Notes: generated from the sequence alone by a model not told the origin. A DNA stretch of 64,000 nucleotides from a virus (IMGVR_UViG_3300032038_000064:6906-70905); one strand, 5' to 3'; shown: positions 44,663 to 53,500, counted from the stretch's first letter. Numbers and translations are program-made.

Positions 44663-45683
44663 AGCACTAGCAATAAAATATCGTCCTGCAACGTGGGAAG
44701 ATGTAACAGAGCAGGCAAGTACGACTACTATTTTACGTCAGCAGTTACAGAGCGGAGAAGTAAAAAACGCATATCTGTTCTGCGGACCCGCCGGATGTGG
44801 TAAGACAACTTGTGCGAGAATTTTTGCACATGATATTAATAACGGAGAGGGCAATCCGATTGAACTCGATGCCGCAAGTAACAATGGTGTCGAGGATGTA
44901 AGAGAAATTATTCAACAGGCAAAGACAAAGAGTTTGGACAGTGAATATAAGATTTTCATTATTGATGAGTGCCACGCATTATCAAACAGCGCTTGGCAAG
45001 CAATGTTAAAAATTATCGAAGAGCCTCCGGCAAAAAGTATTTTTATTTTCTGCACAACTGACCCGCAAAAAATACCTAAAACAATTCTAAGTCGGGTACA
45101 GAGATATGATTTCCAAAGAATAAGCCAAGATGGTATAGTTGATAGGTTAGACAGTATTTTGGAAAATGAATTAAATGAACGTTCTGATTTATTGTGGACT
45201 AGAAATACTCTTGAGTATATAGCAAAAATCGCTGACGGCGGTATGAGAGATGCTATTACGCTTATGGATAAGTGCCTTGCATACTCTAAAGACCTTACAC
45301 TTGAGAATGTAGTAAGCGCATTAGGAACAGTAGATTACGAAACTATGATTAGTCTGTCCGCAGATATTCTTGTAAAGAATACAAAGGCAGTTATGTACAT
45401 CATAGAAGCACTATACGCAACAGGAAAAGATATAAAGCAGTTTGTGAAGCAGTATTTACAGTTCCTTCTCGATATTCAGAAGTTTGGAGTTGGCTGTGAT
45501 TGGAAGTATTTACAAGTTCCTAAGATTGAAGATTATGAAGATTGGTTCGAGGATTTAAAATCTGCTGATTACGATAAGTTAGAATCTGTATTGAAGGCAA
45601 TGATTAAACTTAACGCAGATATTAAGTGGAGCAGTACACCTAAGTATGACTTAGAAGCAGTATTATATATGGAGTGCAAATGA
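44652..45683 (+). CDS. dnaX: clamp loader ATPase, DNA polymerase III gamma/tau-like
   Basis: KYRPATWEDV, GPAGCGKTT, ELDAASNNGVEDVR, IIDECH, TILSR, ADGGMRDA. Confidence 0.9.
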   Translation: MASKALAIKYRPATWEDVTEQASTTTILRQQLQSGEVKNAYLFCGPAGCGKTTCARIFAHDINNGEGNPIELDAASNNGVEDVREIIQQAKTKSLDSEYKIFIIDECHALSNSAWQAMLKIIEEPPAKSIFIFCTTDPQKIPKTILSRVQRYDFQRISQDGIVDRLDSILENELNERSDLLWTRNTLEYIAKIADGGMRDAITLMDKCLAYSKDLTLENVVSALGTVDYETMISLSADILVKNTKAVMYIIEALYATGKDIKQFVKQYLQFLLDIQKFGVGCDWKYLQVPKIEDYEDWFEDLKSADYDKLESVLKAMIKLNADIKWSSTPKYDLEAVLYMECK

Positions 45684-45907
45684 TACAACCTAAAAGAGTG
45701 CGGAGAAAGAACATAAAGAATAGAATTAATTGTCCCTTTTGTGGACGCAGTGTAGATTTAAAAGACGCTGATACAGATTTTATTATTCGGGAGAATAAAT
45801 ATTTACAGAAGTCCCGACAGTATTTTCATAAGACCTGTTTTCAAAAGTTCTACAGTGTGAGAGGTGATGAGGGTGATAGGACAACAACATCTACAAAGTC
45901 AGATTGA
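45680..45907 (+). CDS. small zinc-binding hypothetical protein
   Basis: CPFCG...FHKTCF. Confidence 0.45.
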   Translation: MIQPKRVRRKNIKNRINCPFCGRSVDLKDADTDFIIRENKYLQKSRQYFHKTCFQKFYSVRGDEGDRTTTSTKSD

Positions 45908-46688
45908 GCAGATGATAGAGAATGGCACGTTTCCTCGGTTCAGCATTATTGTTGGACCGAGAGGCTGTGGCAAGAAAACATTAGCGCATCTGATATATCA
46001 GAAATTCGGTACTGGTATCTTTTCCAACATTGGAATATCAGTTGACGCAGTACGGCAGTGTATCGCACAGAGTTATATGATTAGAGGTAGTCAATCTATC
46101 TATTTACTTGCTGATGCTGATAATATGTCAAATGCCGCAAAGAACGCACTTCTGAAAGTAACGGAAGAGCCTCCGAATAATGCGTATTTCATTATGACGC
46201 TAGAGGATGAACACAATACTCTTGAAACAATCAGAAGTCGTGGCGCAGTGTTTCGTATGGATAGATATACACCGGATGAAATTATGCAGTATATAACAGA
46301 AAAGTACGGCAGTACAGCAGATGATAATATTGACATATTTAAAGGTATATGTGACACGCCTGGTGATGCTGATATATTAGCAAAGTGCGGTATAAAGAGT
46401 TTTTATGAGTATGTTCAATTAGTTGTGGATAATATAGCAGAAGTATCATTAGCAAATGCTTTTAAGATTCCTAGTAAAGTAGCACTAAAAGACGGTGCAG
46501 AAGGATATGATTTGAAGTTGTTTTGGAAAGCATTTATAAACATTTGTTTCCTTACTCAGACATATGATAAATGGGGACCCGCAGTTTCGATAACGTCAAA
46601 GAGACTGCAAGATTTACGAGTAAAAGGAATTAATAAGCAAATGCTTATGGATAATTGGATATTGGAGGTAAGAGATGCTTGGAGTTAA
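45873..46688 (+). CDS. holB: clamp loader subunit delta-prime-like
   Basis: GPRGCGKKT, ADNMSNAAKNALLKVTEEPP, LETIRSR. Confidence 0.8.
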   Translation: MIGQQHLQSQIEQMIENGTFPRFSIIVGPRGCGKKTLAHLIYQKFGTGIFSNIGISVDAVRQCIAQSYMIRGSQSIYLLADADNMSNAAKNALLKVTEEPPNNAYFIMTLEDEHNTLETIRSRGAVFRMDRYTPDEIMQYITEKYGSTADDNIDIFKGICDTPGDADILAKCGIKSFYEYVQLVVDNIAEVSLANAFKIPSKVALKDGAEGYDLKLFWKAFINICFLTQTYDKWGPAVSITSKRLQDLRVKGINKQMLMDNWILEVRDAWS

Positions 46689-46887
46689 GATAACGATATT
46701 TGTAATAGTTATAGCGGTTATTTGGGTTATCGGTGTCAGACTTTATTTAGAGGAGAACACTGCCGCTTCAATACATATGCGCTTAACTCAAAAGTATGCA
46801 TGGTACGTAGAGGTCGGGGCATGGCTGATTGTGTTCTCTGTTATAGGAATTATTTACTCGACAGTGTATCTGTTATTCATACGGTGA
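46675..46887 (+). CDS. small membrane protein
   Basis: Two hydrophobic helices. Confidence 0.5.
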   Translation: MLGVKITIFVIVIAVIWVIGVRLYLEENTAASIHMRLTQKYAWYVEVGAWLIVFSVIGIIYSTVYLLFIR

Positions 46888-46903
46888 TATAAGGAGGAAT
46901 ATT

Positions 46904-47149
46904 ATGAAGCGTTATAAATTAGAAATTGGAGAAACACTGGTTTATCATCACGAGGTAGTAGTTGAAGTAGAGGACGATGCCGATATAGATGATATTTGCA
47001 GTAGATTTGATAAGTATGCAGACCGATTTGACGATATTTACTATACGGATGATTATGCAGACGGTAAAGTAAAAATTATACAAGTTATAGAAGATGGTTC
47101 GCCCGATTGTGAAGTAGAGATTACAGACTATGATGAGGTTACAGAATAA
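46904..47149 (+). CDS. acidic hypothetical protein
   Basis: AAGGAGG RBS; 81 aa, Asp/Glu-rich. Confidence 0.55.
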   Translation: MKRYKLEIGETLVYHHEVVVEVEDDADIDDICSRFDKYADRFDDIYYTDDYADGKVKIIQVIEDGSPDCEVEITDYDEVTE

Positions 47150-47680
47150 ATGGATGTAGCAACATTAAAGAATCATATAAAATTAAAAACGCTTCCGACG
47201 TTTTTAATCTTTTCGGGAGATGAGTGGAAAGTTCAGCAGATTTATATTGAGCAGATTGCTAAGGTGACAGGAAAGAAATGTGTTCGTATTGATAGTATCG
47301 GTGAAATATTTCAGAAACTATCGAATCGGTCGTTTGTGAAAGAGTCAGTAATCTACATAGTCCGTGATGACAAAGAGTTGATGCAGAACGAAAAACTTCA
47401 GCAGAGAATAGAGAAAGTTCTCGGCGATAATATGCTGATTCTTTTACTGACAAATGTTGATAAGAGAACTAAGTTTTACAAGTCATATAAAGCGTCTATT
47501 TGCGATTTTGAGCGACTTTCTGATAAGATGCTAGAGAAGTATGCACTAAAACAAATAAGTCTCTCAAAACGCAATTTAGAGCGTCTTATAGAAATCTGTG
47601 AACATGATTACGGACGTATGTTGTTAGAGATTGACAAGATAAAGAGGTATGTTGATGGAAGAACTTTGGAAGGACATTGA
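47150..47680 (+). CDS. holA: clamp loader delta (HolA)-like, N-terminal half of a split gene
   Basis: FLIFSGDEW, VDKRTKFYK, LIEICEHDYGRMLLEIDKIKRY match domains I-II of delta; ends where the HNH gene starts. Confidence 0.65.
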   Translation: MDVATLKNHIKLKTLPTFLIFSGDEWKVQQIYIEQIAKVTGKKCVRIDSIGEIFQKLSNRSFVKESVIYIVRDDKELMQNEKLQQRIEKVLGDNMLILLLTNVDKRTKFYKSYKASICDFERLSDKMLEKYALKQISLSKRNLERLIEICEHDYGRMLLEIDKIKRYVDGRTLEGH

Positions 47681-48227
47681 AGGATTTGAAAATTATCAAA
47701 TATCAAATTTAGGCCGTGTTAAAAGTATAGGCAGATTTGATACACGTGGTAAGTATTGGTCTGAAAAAATATTAAAAGTTCGACTGCATCCTCGTGGTTA
47801 TTGTTTCGTGCATTTACGAAAAGATGGTAAATACGTGTATAAATTTATTCATAGACTTGTGGCTGAGGCATTTATTCCAAATCCTAATGGGTTGTCTGAT
47901 GTTAAACACTTGGATGAAGATTTATCCAATAATATTGTGTACAATCTTCAATGGTACGACCACAGTCATGCTATAACTTATGGTAACCACTATAGACGAA
48001 TACAGGATAGACGTAAATTTTTGAATCCGAGAAATGTTAGAGGCGATATATGGGAAAAGCCTGTTTTAAAAATTTCAAAATATAGCGGAAAAATTATTCA
48101 AAAATATGATTCAATTACGCTTGCCAATAAAAGTTTAAAGAGAAGTCCTTATTCATATAGTATAATAGAGTGTTTACGTGGTAAGCGTAAATCATCAGGA
48201 GGATACGTTTGGAAATATGACCTATGA
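47655..48227 (+). mobile_element. NUMOD4-HNH-NUMOD1 homing endonuclease
   Basis: EELWKDIEGFENYQISNLGRVKS (NUMOD4), IHRLVAEAFIPNP...VKHLDEDLSNN (HNH), IIQKYDSI...GYVWKY (NUMOD1/IENR1). Confidence 0.9.
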
Positions 48228-48630
48228 TGAAGCGTTTGAAATATTAGTAAAAGACGGAACAATTCATGTTCCGGCTAAAGATGCGATATTCGATTTTGTG
48301 GATGAAGTGTTAAATCGACACTGTAACAATTCATTCCAGTTATTACAGGAGTGTTATGATGTCGGTGAAGCAACGATGGTAATGTTAAGTGTTCTTTACA
48401 ATAATGCCAAAGCAGTTTTGCAAGTCCGGACCTGTAAAACAAACGATATATCGAAAACTACAGGACTCAGCGGATGGCAGATAAAAAATGCAAAACCCCA
48501 TGTTCATAAATATACTGATGCAGAACTGGTAGATATGTTAAAATTAATACAAGAGTGCGAATCGGGAATTAAAACCGGACGTATCGAGGAACAGTTTGTC
48601 ATGCAGTATATTTTAGCGAGGATATTATGA
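48217..48630 (+). CDS. holA: clamp loader delta (HolA)-like, C-terminal half
   Basis: AGGAGGA RBS inside the HNH gene; AIFDFVDEVL...MLSVLY...GLSGWQIKNA...LIQECESGIKTG matches the delta domain III pattern. Confidence 0.65.
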   Translation: MTYDEAFEILVKDGTIHVPAKDAIFDFVDEVLNRHCNNSFQLLQECYDVGEATMVMLSVLYNNAKAVLQVRTCKTNDISKTTGLSGWQIKNAKPHVHKYTDAELVDMLKLIQECESGIKTGRIEEQFVMQYILARIL

Positions 48631-48854
48631 GTAAGATTGCACCGTGTAAAGATTGTGAAAGTAGGCACGCAGAATGCCACGCAACTTGTAAACTGTATAA
48701 AGATTGGAAAGGAGAATATGAAACGGCGAAGAAAAAATCTTACGCAAGGCAGAAATTAAATATGGACTATGTAGATTATGTACTAGAGCAGAGGTCAAAG
48801 CGTGTTCGACCGAAGTCAGCACTGAGAACACAGAAGATAGTGGCACAGATTTAG
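48627..48854 (+). CDS. small Cys-rich protein
   Basis: APCKDCESRHAECHATCKLY. Confidence 0.55.
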   Translation: MSKIAPCKDCESRHAECHATCKLYKDWKGEYETAKKKSYARQKLNMDYVDYVLEQRSKRVRPKSALRTQKIVAQI

Positions 48855-48866
48855 AAAGGAGTAAAA

Positions 48867-49055
48867 ATGTCATCGTTGACACAGGAACAGATTAAGGATG
48901 AGTTTATTAACTTGTTGTCAGATAGTTACGGATATTGGACAGATAAGGATAATGCAGTTGATGCGGTTTCGTATCTGTGCGGAGCGTATGATTTGATGTT
49001 GCGGTGTGTGCATAAATTGGAAAGGTGTGTAGAAGTGAATGAAGTTAATTACTGA
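48867..49055 (+). CDS. hypothetical protein
   Basis: AAAGGAG RBS. Confidence 0.5.
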   Translation: MSSLTQEQIKDEFINLLSDSYGYWTDKDNAVDAVSYLCGAYDLMLRCVHKLERCVEVNEVNY

Positions 49056-49203
49056 GGAGAAAAATGAGCATGAATTTTGTTTACGGTGTGGTAGAAAGTT
49101 AAAGAATTTGAAAGCACGGGAAATTGGTCTCGGACCCGTGTGCGCAAGAAAATTGAAGCAGGAGAATGAGCAAAGTAAGAAACTTTTCCCAACCGAAAAA
49201 TAG
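49039..49203 (+). CDS. DUF6011-like zinc protein (54 aa, not in ORF track)
   Basis: CLRCGRKLK...IGLGPVC. Confidence 0.55.
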   Translation: MKLITEEKNEHEFCLRCGRKLKNLKAREIGLGPVCARKLKQENEQSKKLFPTEK

Positions 49204-49205
49204 CC

Positions 49206-49237
49206 AAAAAAAAGAGCCCGCTTGCGCAGGCTCTTTT
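49206..49237. terminator. bidirectional terminator between convergent gene blocks
   Basis: A-run, AAGAGCC/GGCTCTT hairpin, T-run, at the +/- convergence point. Confidence 0.75.
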
Positions 49238-49238
49238 A

Positions 49239-49421
49239 TTATGTTAGTTCGTCCTCAATATACGCTTTTGCATCCTTCTTGCGATAAAACCAGAGCGGGG
49301 AACCGTTGTCAGTAATTCTTTCACCGTTGTAAGTGATGTACCAACGTGTTTCTCTTCCGTATCCGGGATAACCGTGATAGTTCTTTATTACGGAAACTTC
49401 CTGTTTTTCAATCTCGTACAT
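49239..49421 (-). CDS. hypothetical early protein
   Basis: AAGGAGG RBS on the minus strand. Confidence 0.55.
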   Translation of the reverse strand: MYEIEKQEVSVIKNYHGYPGYGRETRWYITYNGERITDNGSPLWFYRKKDAKAYIEDELT

Positions 49422-49431
49422 AATTGCCTCC

Positions 49432-49719
49432 TTAGTGCTTTAAATATCCGTACAGCATATCCTCAATCCACTCATCAATCTGCTGATAAGCAGTTCTTCC
49501 GAACTCCTCTTCTTCTGCATCATAGCAAAACACATAAGGATCGGTTGAGTACGACCTCTCTCTTGATGATGCGTTTAGGACTAGAACAAACTGAAAACTC
49601 GTATCACCCCACATCCAATCATCAATATCAATATCCGGCAGAAGTCGTTCCTGCAACTTCTTTGCAGTGTAGTCCATCCAATCGTAAATTCTCCATTCGT
49701 AAATGACTCCGGGTTTCAT
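49432..49719 (-). CDS. acidic hypothetical early protein
   Basis: AAGGAGG RBS; Asp/Glu/Trp/Tyr-rich. Confidence 0.6.
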   Translation of the reverse strand: MKPGVIYEWRIYDWMDYTAKKLQERLLPDIDIDDWMWGDTSFQFVLVLNASSRERSYSTDPYVFCYDAEEEEFGRTAYQQIDEWIEDMLYGYLKH

Positions 49720-49743
49720 ATTTCCTCCTTAACTATGTAGATA

Positions 49744-50040
49744 TTACAGTTCTGCATCCAGATTGTTTGCAACCTGTCTGAGTGCTTTTCTATCAATGCG
49801 AGGCTTGGAAAGAATATCGGCTATCTCATCTCTAGCATCCCGCACAATGTTTACCCAACCTTCATTTGTTACATCAAGTTGTTCCATCATTGAATCAATG
49901 CTGGAATCATATGCGGCACTTACCATGTCGCTTACAATATTTTCGGTAACTTCTGCAAATTCATTTCCTAGTGTATTTCGCAGGACGTCTAAGACGTCCT
50001 GCAGATTGTTGATTAACTTTCCATTATAAACTGTATACAT
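49744..50040 (-). CDS. hypothetical early protein
   Basis: AGGTGA RBS; 98 aa. Confidence 0.6.
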   Translation of the reverse strand: MYTVYNGKLINNLQDVLDVLRNTLGNEFAEVTENIVSDMVSAAYDSSIDSMMEQLDVTNEGWVNIVRDARDEIADILSKPRIDRKALRQVANNLDAEL

Positions 50041-50043
50041 GAT

Positions 50044-50355
50044 TCACCTAACCTTTCTGATTTCTCCAAACATTATCCACCAGTTATAATCATATCCTTT
50101 AGCGTCAAACCAAAGTTCCTGTTCTTCCATCTCACGATATGCCCAAGACTGGGAGCAGTTACACCACTCTCCGTCAAATATGGTTTCAACTGACACCTCG
50201 CAATTCTCATCGTACCAGTGTTTCTTTACATAATGACGGTAAATTGCCTTTGCCTCGGCACGTGTTAGCCAATCGGCAATGACTTCTTCTACAGGCGGAG
50301 CAGTGTATCCAAATGCTCCGTCATCATGCCAGGTAATGGTTACTCTGAATTTCAT
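50044..50355 (-). CDS. hypothetical early protein
   Basis: AAAGGAG RBS; 103 aa. Confidence 0.6.
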   Translation of the reverse strand: MKFRVTITWHDDGAFGYTAPPVEEVIADWLTRAEAKAIYRHYVKKHWYDENCEVSVETIFDGEWCNCSQSWAYREMEEQELWFDAKGYDYNWWIMFGEIRKVR

Positions 50356-50367
50356 GGGTTTCTCCTT

Positions 50368-50547
50368 TCAGATTTTTTCGATTCTGTAGCCTTGGACGCG
50401 GTCATCAGCCTTGAGTTTAGGAATGACGCGGTTCTTTAACTCATCCTCAGTATAACCAACACCGCCGTTAGTCCAGAGAATGCGTTTGACCAAAGTCTGG
50501 TCACTGCGTCTAAGGTGTGCAACAAGGTGAACATAGTATCTTTCCAT
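50368..50547 (-). CDS. hypothetical early protein
   Basis: AAAGGAG RBS supports a start at MERYYVHL. Confidence 0.55.
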   Translation of the reverse strand: MERYYVHLVAHLRRSDQTLVKRILWTNGGVGYTEDELKNRVIPKLKADDRVQGYRIEKI

Positions 50548-50621
50548 TTTTTCTCTCCTTTCTTGAGTGAGCATTATTGACTCATTATCGTCCACAACCT
50601 AAGTTGTGAACGATGTATCAA

Positions 50622-50837
50622 TCAATACATACCACGAATCATACTATTAATCATGCTATTCCAGTTTCTTCTATCCTCGAAGTAAAATCTTCTTGCTTCC
50701 TCGTACTGTTCCTTATACTCGGCAATCTTCATCGCTTTCCATAACTCAAGATAATCCTCATCGAGTTCATCTCCAATTGTAAAACGGGCGACTTCGACTT
50801 CATCTCCACATTCATCAACCATAATTAAAACCATCAT
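50622..50837 (-). CDS. acidic hypothetical early protein
   Basis: AAAGGAG RBS. Confidence 0.55.
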   Translation of the reverse strand: MMVLIMVDECGDEVEVARFTIGDELDEDYLELWKAMKIAEYKEQYEEARRFYFEDRRNWNSMINSMIRGMY

Positions 50838-50897
50838 TGTCGTTATCTCCTTTCACAAAGCTGGCAGACGTTTTCGGTCTGCCAGCAACTTTGTAGA

Positions 50898-51227
50898 CTA
50901 TGCTTCTCTGAACCATTTCCTGTAATCCGAATCCTTACAATATCCAGCCGCAGAGTAGAAGAAGTCCTTTGCTTTTCTCAGCTTGTGCTCCCACTCATCG
51001 CAGTCAATATCAACAACGGCAACAGGACAATCATATTTACACTTCGGCTCGATGACCTCAATCTCATAATCGAGGACTTCTGCGAAGTGCTTCTCTCCGC
51101 ACTTTGTCAGTTTATCACCACCAACGTATGCAATACCAAGTTCCTCACACACGTTATCATACACATCAATGTCCTCATGTGTGCCGTCTGCCCAGAGTTC
51201 AATGAACTCCCTAACTGTCATTTTCAT
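50898..51227 (-). CDS. acidic hypothetical early protein
   Basis: AAAGGAG RBS; 109 aa. Confidence 0.6.
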   Translation of the reverse strand: MKMTVREFIELWADGTHEDIDVYDNVCEELGIAYVGGDKLTKCGEKHFAEVLDYEIEVIEPKCKYDCPVAVVDIDCDEWEHKLRKAKDFFYSAAGYCKDSDYRKWFREA

Positions 51228-51239
51228 GCTTTTCTCCTT

Positions 51240-51620
51240 TCATACATCTGCGGAAACGCAGTGATAAATAACCCAGTTATTATTTACCTTGAAAATGCTA
51301 CGCCAGGCAGTGAATAGCTGACCAGTGCAGTCATATCCTCGATTGTAATAATGGATACGATAGTAATCATCGAACCATAACTTAACCGCTTCTTTTGTAT
51401 CGCCAGGTTCAACAGGCGCTACAATCTTTTCGATATAGCCGTCCCAATCCTTTCGGAATACGGAAACGATATAAGGGTCTTGCTTTTCTGCCTCATCCTT
51501 GTAATACTGGCGAATACGTTTTTTCGCCTTTTTGATAACAATGCTACCGTCCCAATCGGGAAATTCTTTTTGACACTTCTCCCAAAGAAGAAGTTCTTCC
51601 CATAGTTTTTTGAGTTCCAT
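51240..51620 (-). CDS. hypothetical early protein
   Basis: AAAGGAG RBS supports a start at MELKKLW; YDCTGQLFT motif. Confidence 0.6.
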   Translation of the reverse strand: MELKKLWEELLLWEKCQKEFPDWDGSIVIKKAKKRIRQYYKDEAEKQDPYIVSVFRKDWDGYIEKIVAPVEPGDTKEAVKLWFDDYYRIHYYNRGYDCTGQLFTAWRSIFKVNNNWVIYHCVSADV

Positions 51621-51636
51621 GTTTTTCTCCTTTCTT

Positions 51637-51697
51637 GAGTCGAGGATTAATCCCTCATTCCCGCCCACATCCTAAGAGGTGAGCGGAGTATGAAACA
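51637..51697 (-). repeat. structured intergenic motif, copy 1
   Basis: Minus strand TGTTTCATAC-stem-loop-AATGAGGGATTAATCCTC; second copy at 52122-52185. Confidence 0.65.
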
Positions 51698-51913
51698 TCA
51701 ATCTTTGAAATAGTTTACCGCATATTCCAGTGCTTCCGCATACGTGTAGAAGTAGTGTCCTGCGCACCAGGTTCCGTCGGTAATATCATACCCGGAGCAG
51801 AATACATATGGCTCACAGGAGCAGTGGCGGTCGATGATTGCGTAATAATAATTACCTCTTTTGGGCGCAAGGAACATTTTCAGTTCATATCCTTCCTTTA
51901 CAACAATATTCAT
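51698..51913 (-). CDS. hypothetical early protein
   Basis: AAAGGAG RBS; WCAGHYF motif. Confidence 0.55.
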   Translation of the reverse strand: MNIVVKEGYELKMFLAPKRGNYYYAIIDRHCSCEPYVFCSGYDITDGTWCAGHYFYTYAEALEYAVNYFKD

Positions 51914-51943
51914 TTCTTTTCTCCTTTCTTGACTTTGTAGATG

Positions 51944-52096
51944 TTATATTGCTCTGATAATGGCATGACCATTATACAACCGATTATAAATACGTTCCTG
52001 TTCAAGGCAGGCCTCATAGAGATGTAGATACATCTCCACGACCTTCGTGATTTTACCGGTCACGCGGTCTTTTTTCAGATATTGGAATTTGTACAT
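51944..52096 (-). CDS. small hypothetical early protein (50 aa, not in ORF track)
   Basis: AAAGGAG RBS; MYKFQYLKKDRVTGK... Confidence 0.5.
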   Translation of the reverse strand: MYKFQYLKKDRVTGKITKVVEMYLHLYEACLEQERIYNRLYNGHAIIRAI

Positions 52097-52121
52097 CGTT
52101 TTCTCCTTTCTTGATGTTTTT

Positions 52122-52185
52122 GAGTGAGGACTAATCCCTCATTATCGACCACAAACTGTTAGGCTTGTGGTCGAGGTATGAGACA
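52122..52185 (-). repeat. structured intergenic motif, copy 2
   Basis: Minus strand TGTCTCATAC-stem-loop-AATGAGGGATTAGTCCTC. Confidence 0.65.
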
Positions 52186-52461
52186 TTACTCGTTAATAGG
52201 TTCTACCTGTTTATCGGTAAACCAGGCACTGTTTTTCATAAAGCAGTATCCTTTCGCCTGCGCCTCTTCTTCACTCATATCTTTTTTCTTCCCTTTGGTG
52301 TATTTCCAGATGGGGAACTTTGCTACCGCACGTTCTCCTTTTCGCACTTGGAAGCCGAGCGACTTCCAATGTGCGTAGGTATGAATTTCATTCTCCTCAG
52401 TGATAACTCCATCGGCAATAAGCATTGCCATATTTCCCATAATGATTTCTACGTTTGTCAT
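52186..52461 (-). CDS. ArdC N-terminal (ssDNA-binding, antirestriction) domain-like protein
   Basis: HTYAHWKSLGFQVRKGERA...IW...FTDKQVE resembles the ArdC-N T(F/Y).QW...G.QVRKGEK...VF...Q motif. Confidence 0.6.
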   Translation of the reverse strand: MTNVEIIMGNMAMLIADGVITEENEIHTYAHWKSLGFQVRKGERAVAKFPIWKYTKGKKKDMSEEEAQAKGYCFMKNSAWFTDKQVEPINE

Positions 52462-52757
52462 CTTACCACATCCTCCTCTGTCCAAAACACCGGCTTATTC
52501 TTAGACGGCGTGATATACATAATCATCGCCTCTCCTGTTTCCGGATTCATAAACTGAAATGCGGCAGTGAACATGAAAGTGTTATGGGAAAGGATTCTCA
52601 AATCGCTTCCATCATGTTCTGCCATAAGACGTTTGCAGTAATCAAACGCCTCAGCCTTTGCGCGGCTGTAGTTTCCATATACCTGCCACAGTTCTGTATC
52701 ACTGCTCCTCTTATACATTTCGGTAATATACATGGCTTCCTTAGTGTTGTGTTTCAT
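52458..52757 (-). CDS. hypothetical early protein
   Basis: AAAGGAG RBS supports a start at MKHNTKEA. Confidence 0.6.
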   Translation of the reverse strand: MKHNTKEAMYITEMYKRSSDTELWQVYGNYSRAKAEAFDYCKRLMAEHDGSDLRILSHNTFMFTAAFQFMNPETGEAMIMYITPSKNKPVFWTEEDVVR

Positions 52758-52783
52758 AGTTGCTCCTTTCTTGACTTTGTAGA

Positions 52784-53101
52784 TTATACTAACTGTTGAA
52801 TTAGGAAAATCAGAATTGATAATCCTATACAGGATAAGCACCAATATTCTAATGGCATTATTCTTTCCATCAGCATACCAAGTGCTGTATCCAGTGTTGC
52901 TAATTGTGCATCTGTCCGCGATTCTATAATGTATTCAATATCCTGCGGTTCTACTACGATGCACTCTCTTCCAAATTCCTCATCGTAATAGAGCGGAGCG
53001 AGTAGAACCGCACCTGAGGGATAAATCTTTAGAATTTCTCCCTCAGTGTCGCTTCCGTGAAACAATACAGAAACGACATCTCCTACCATGTACTCATCCA
53101 T
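52784..53101 (-). CDS. hypothetical early protein with C-terminal TM helix
   Basis: AAAGGAG RBS; SH3-like N-terminus and hydrophobic tail. Confidence 0.55.
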   Translation of the reverse strand: MDEYMVGDVVSVLFHGSDTEGEILKIYPSGAVLLAPLYYDEEFGRECIVVEPQDIEYIIESRTDAQLATLDTALGMLMERIMPLEYWCLSCIGLSILIFLIQQLV

Positions 53102-53206
53102 TCATATCTTTCTCCTTTCTTGAGTTATTTCTGTTTCCAGACTCTGGAGCATTTCTGCTCCAGGCGCTTTGGGCTTAACTGGCTATTTATAGTCGCCCGA
53201 ACGACT

Positions 53207-53500
53207 TTAGATGAGTTTATCCAGTTTCTTGAGGAAGCCATTGCATACATCAATTGTAATCTGGTCATCCTCATCCAACTCTGCCTTCGGAACATAATCC
53301 CACTTGTCCTTGAAATAGGGAACAGTTTTCTCATCGTCCTCCCATTTCAGTTCACCGGTTCTCCAGTCCCTTGCCTGCTCTTCCTCTTTTCCAACTACAT
53401 CCCAGGTCATGGATTTGTCTCGGATAATCTCATTAAGCACATCCTCAAGTCTCTCCAGTACCTCAGCCTGCTTCCTCATAACTGTAAATCTCTTTGCCAT
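53207..53500 (-). CDS. hypothetical early protein
   Basis: AAGGAGG RBS; 97 aa. Confidence 0.6.
   Translation of the reverse strand: MAKRFTVMRKQAEVLERLEDVLNEIIRDKSMTWDVVGKEEEQARDWRTGELKWEDDEKTVPYFKDKWDYVPKAELDEDDQITIDVCNGFLKKLDKLI

Noticed and set aside
47640-48230. Group I intron or intein carrying the HNH
   Set aside because: The HNH ORF overlaps both holA halves, leaving no flanking sequence for an intron core; there is no in-frame fusion or Cys/His-Asn intein ends.
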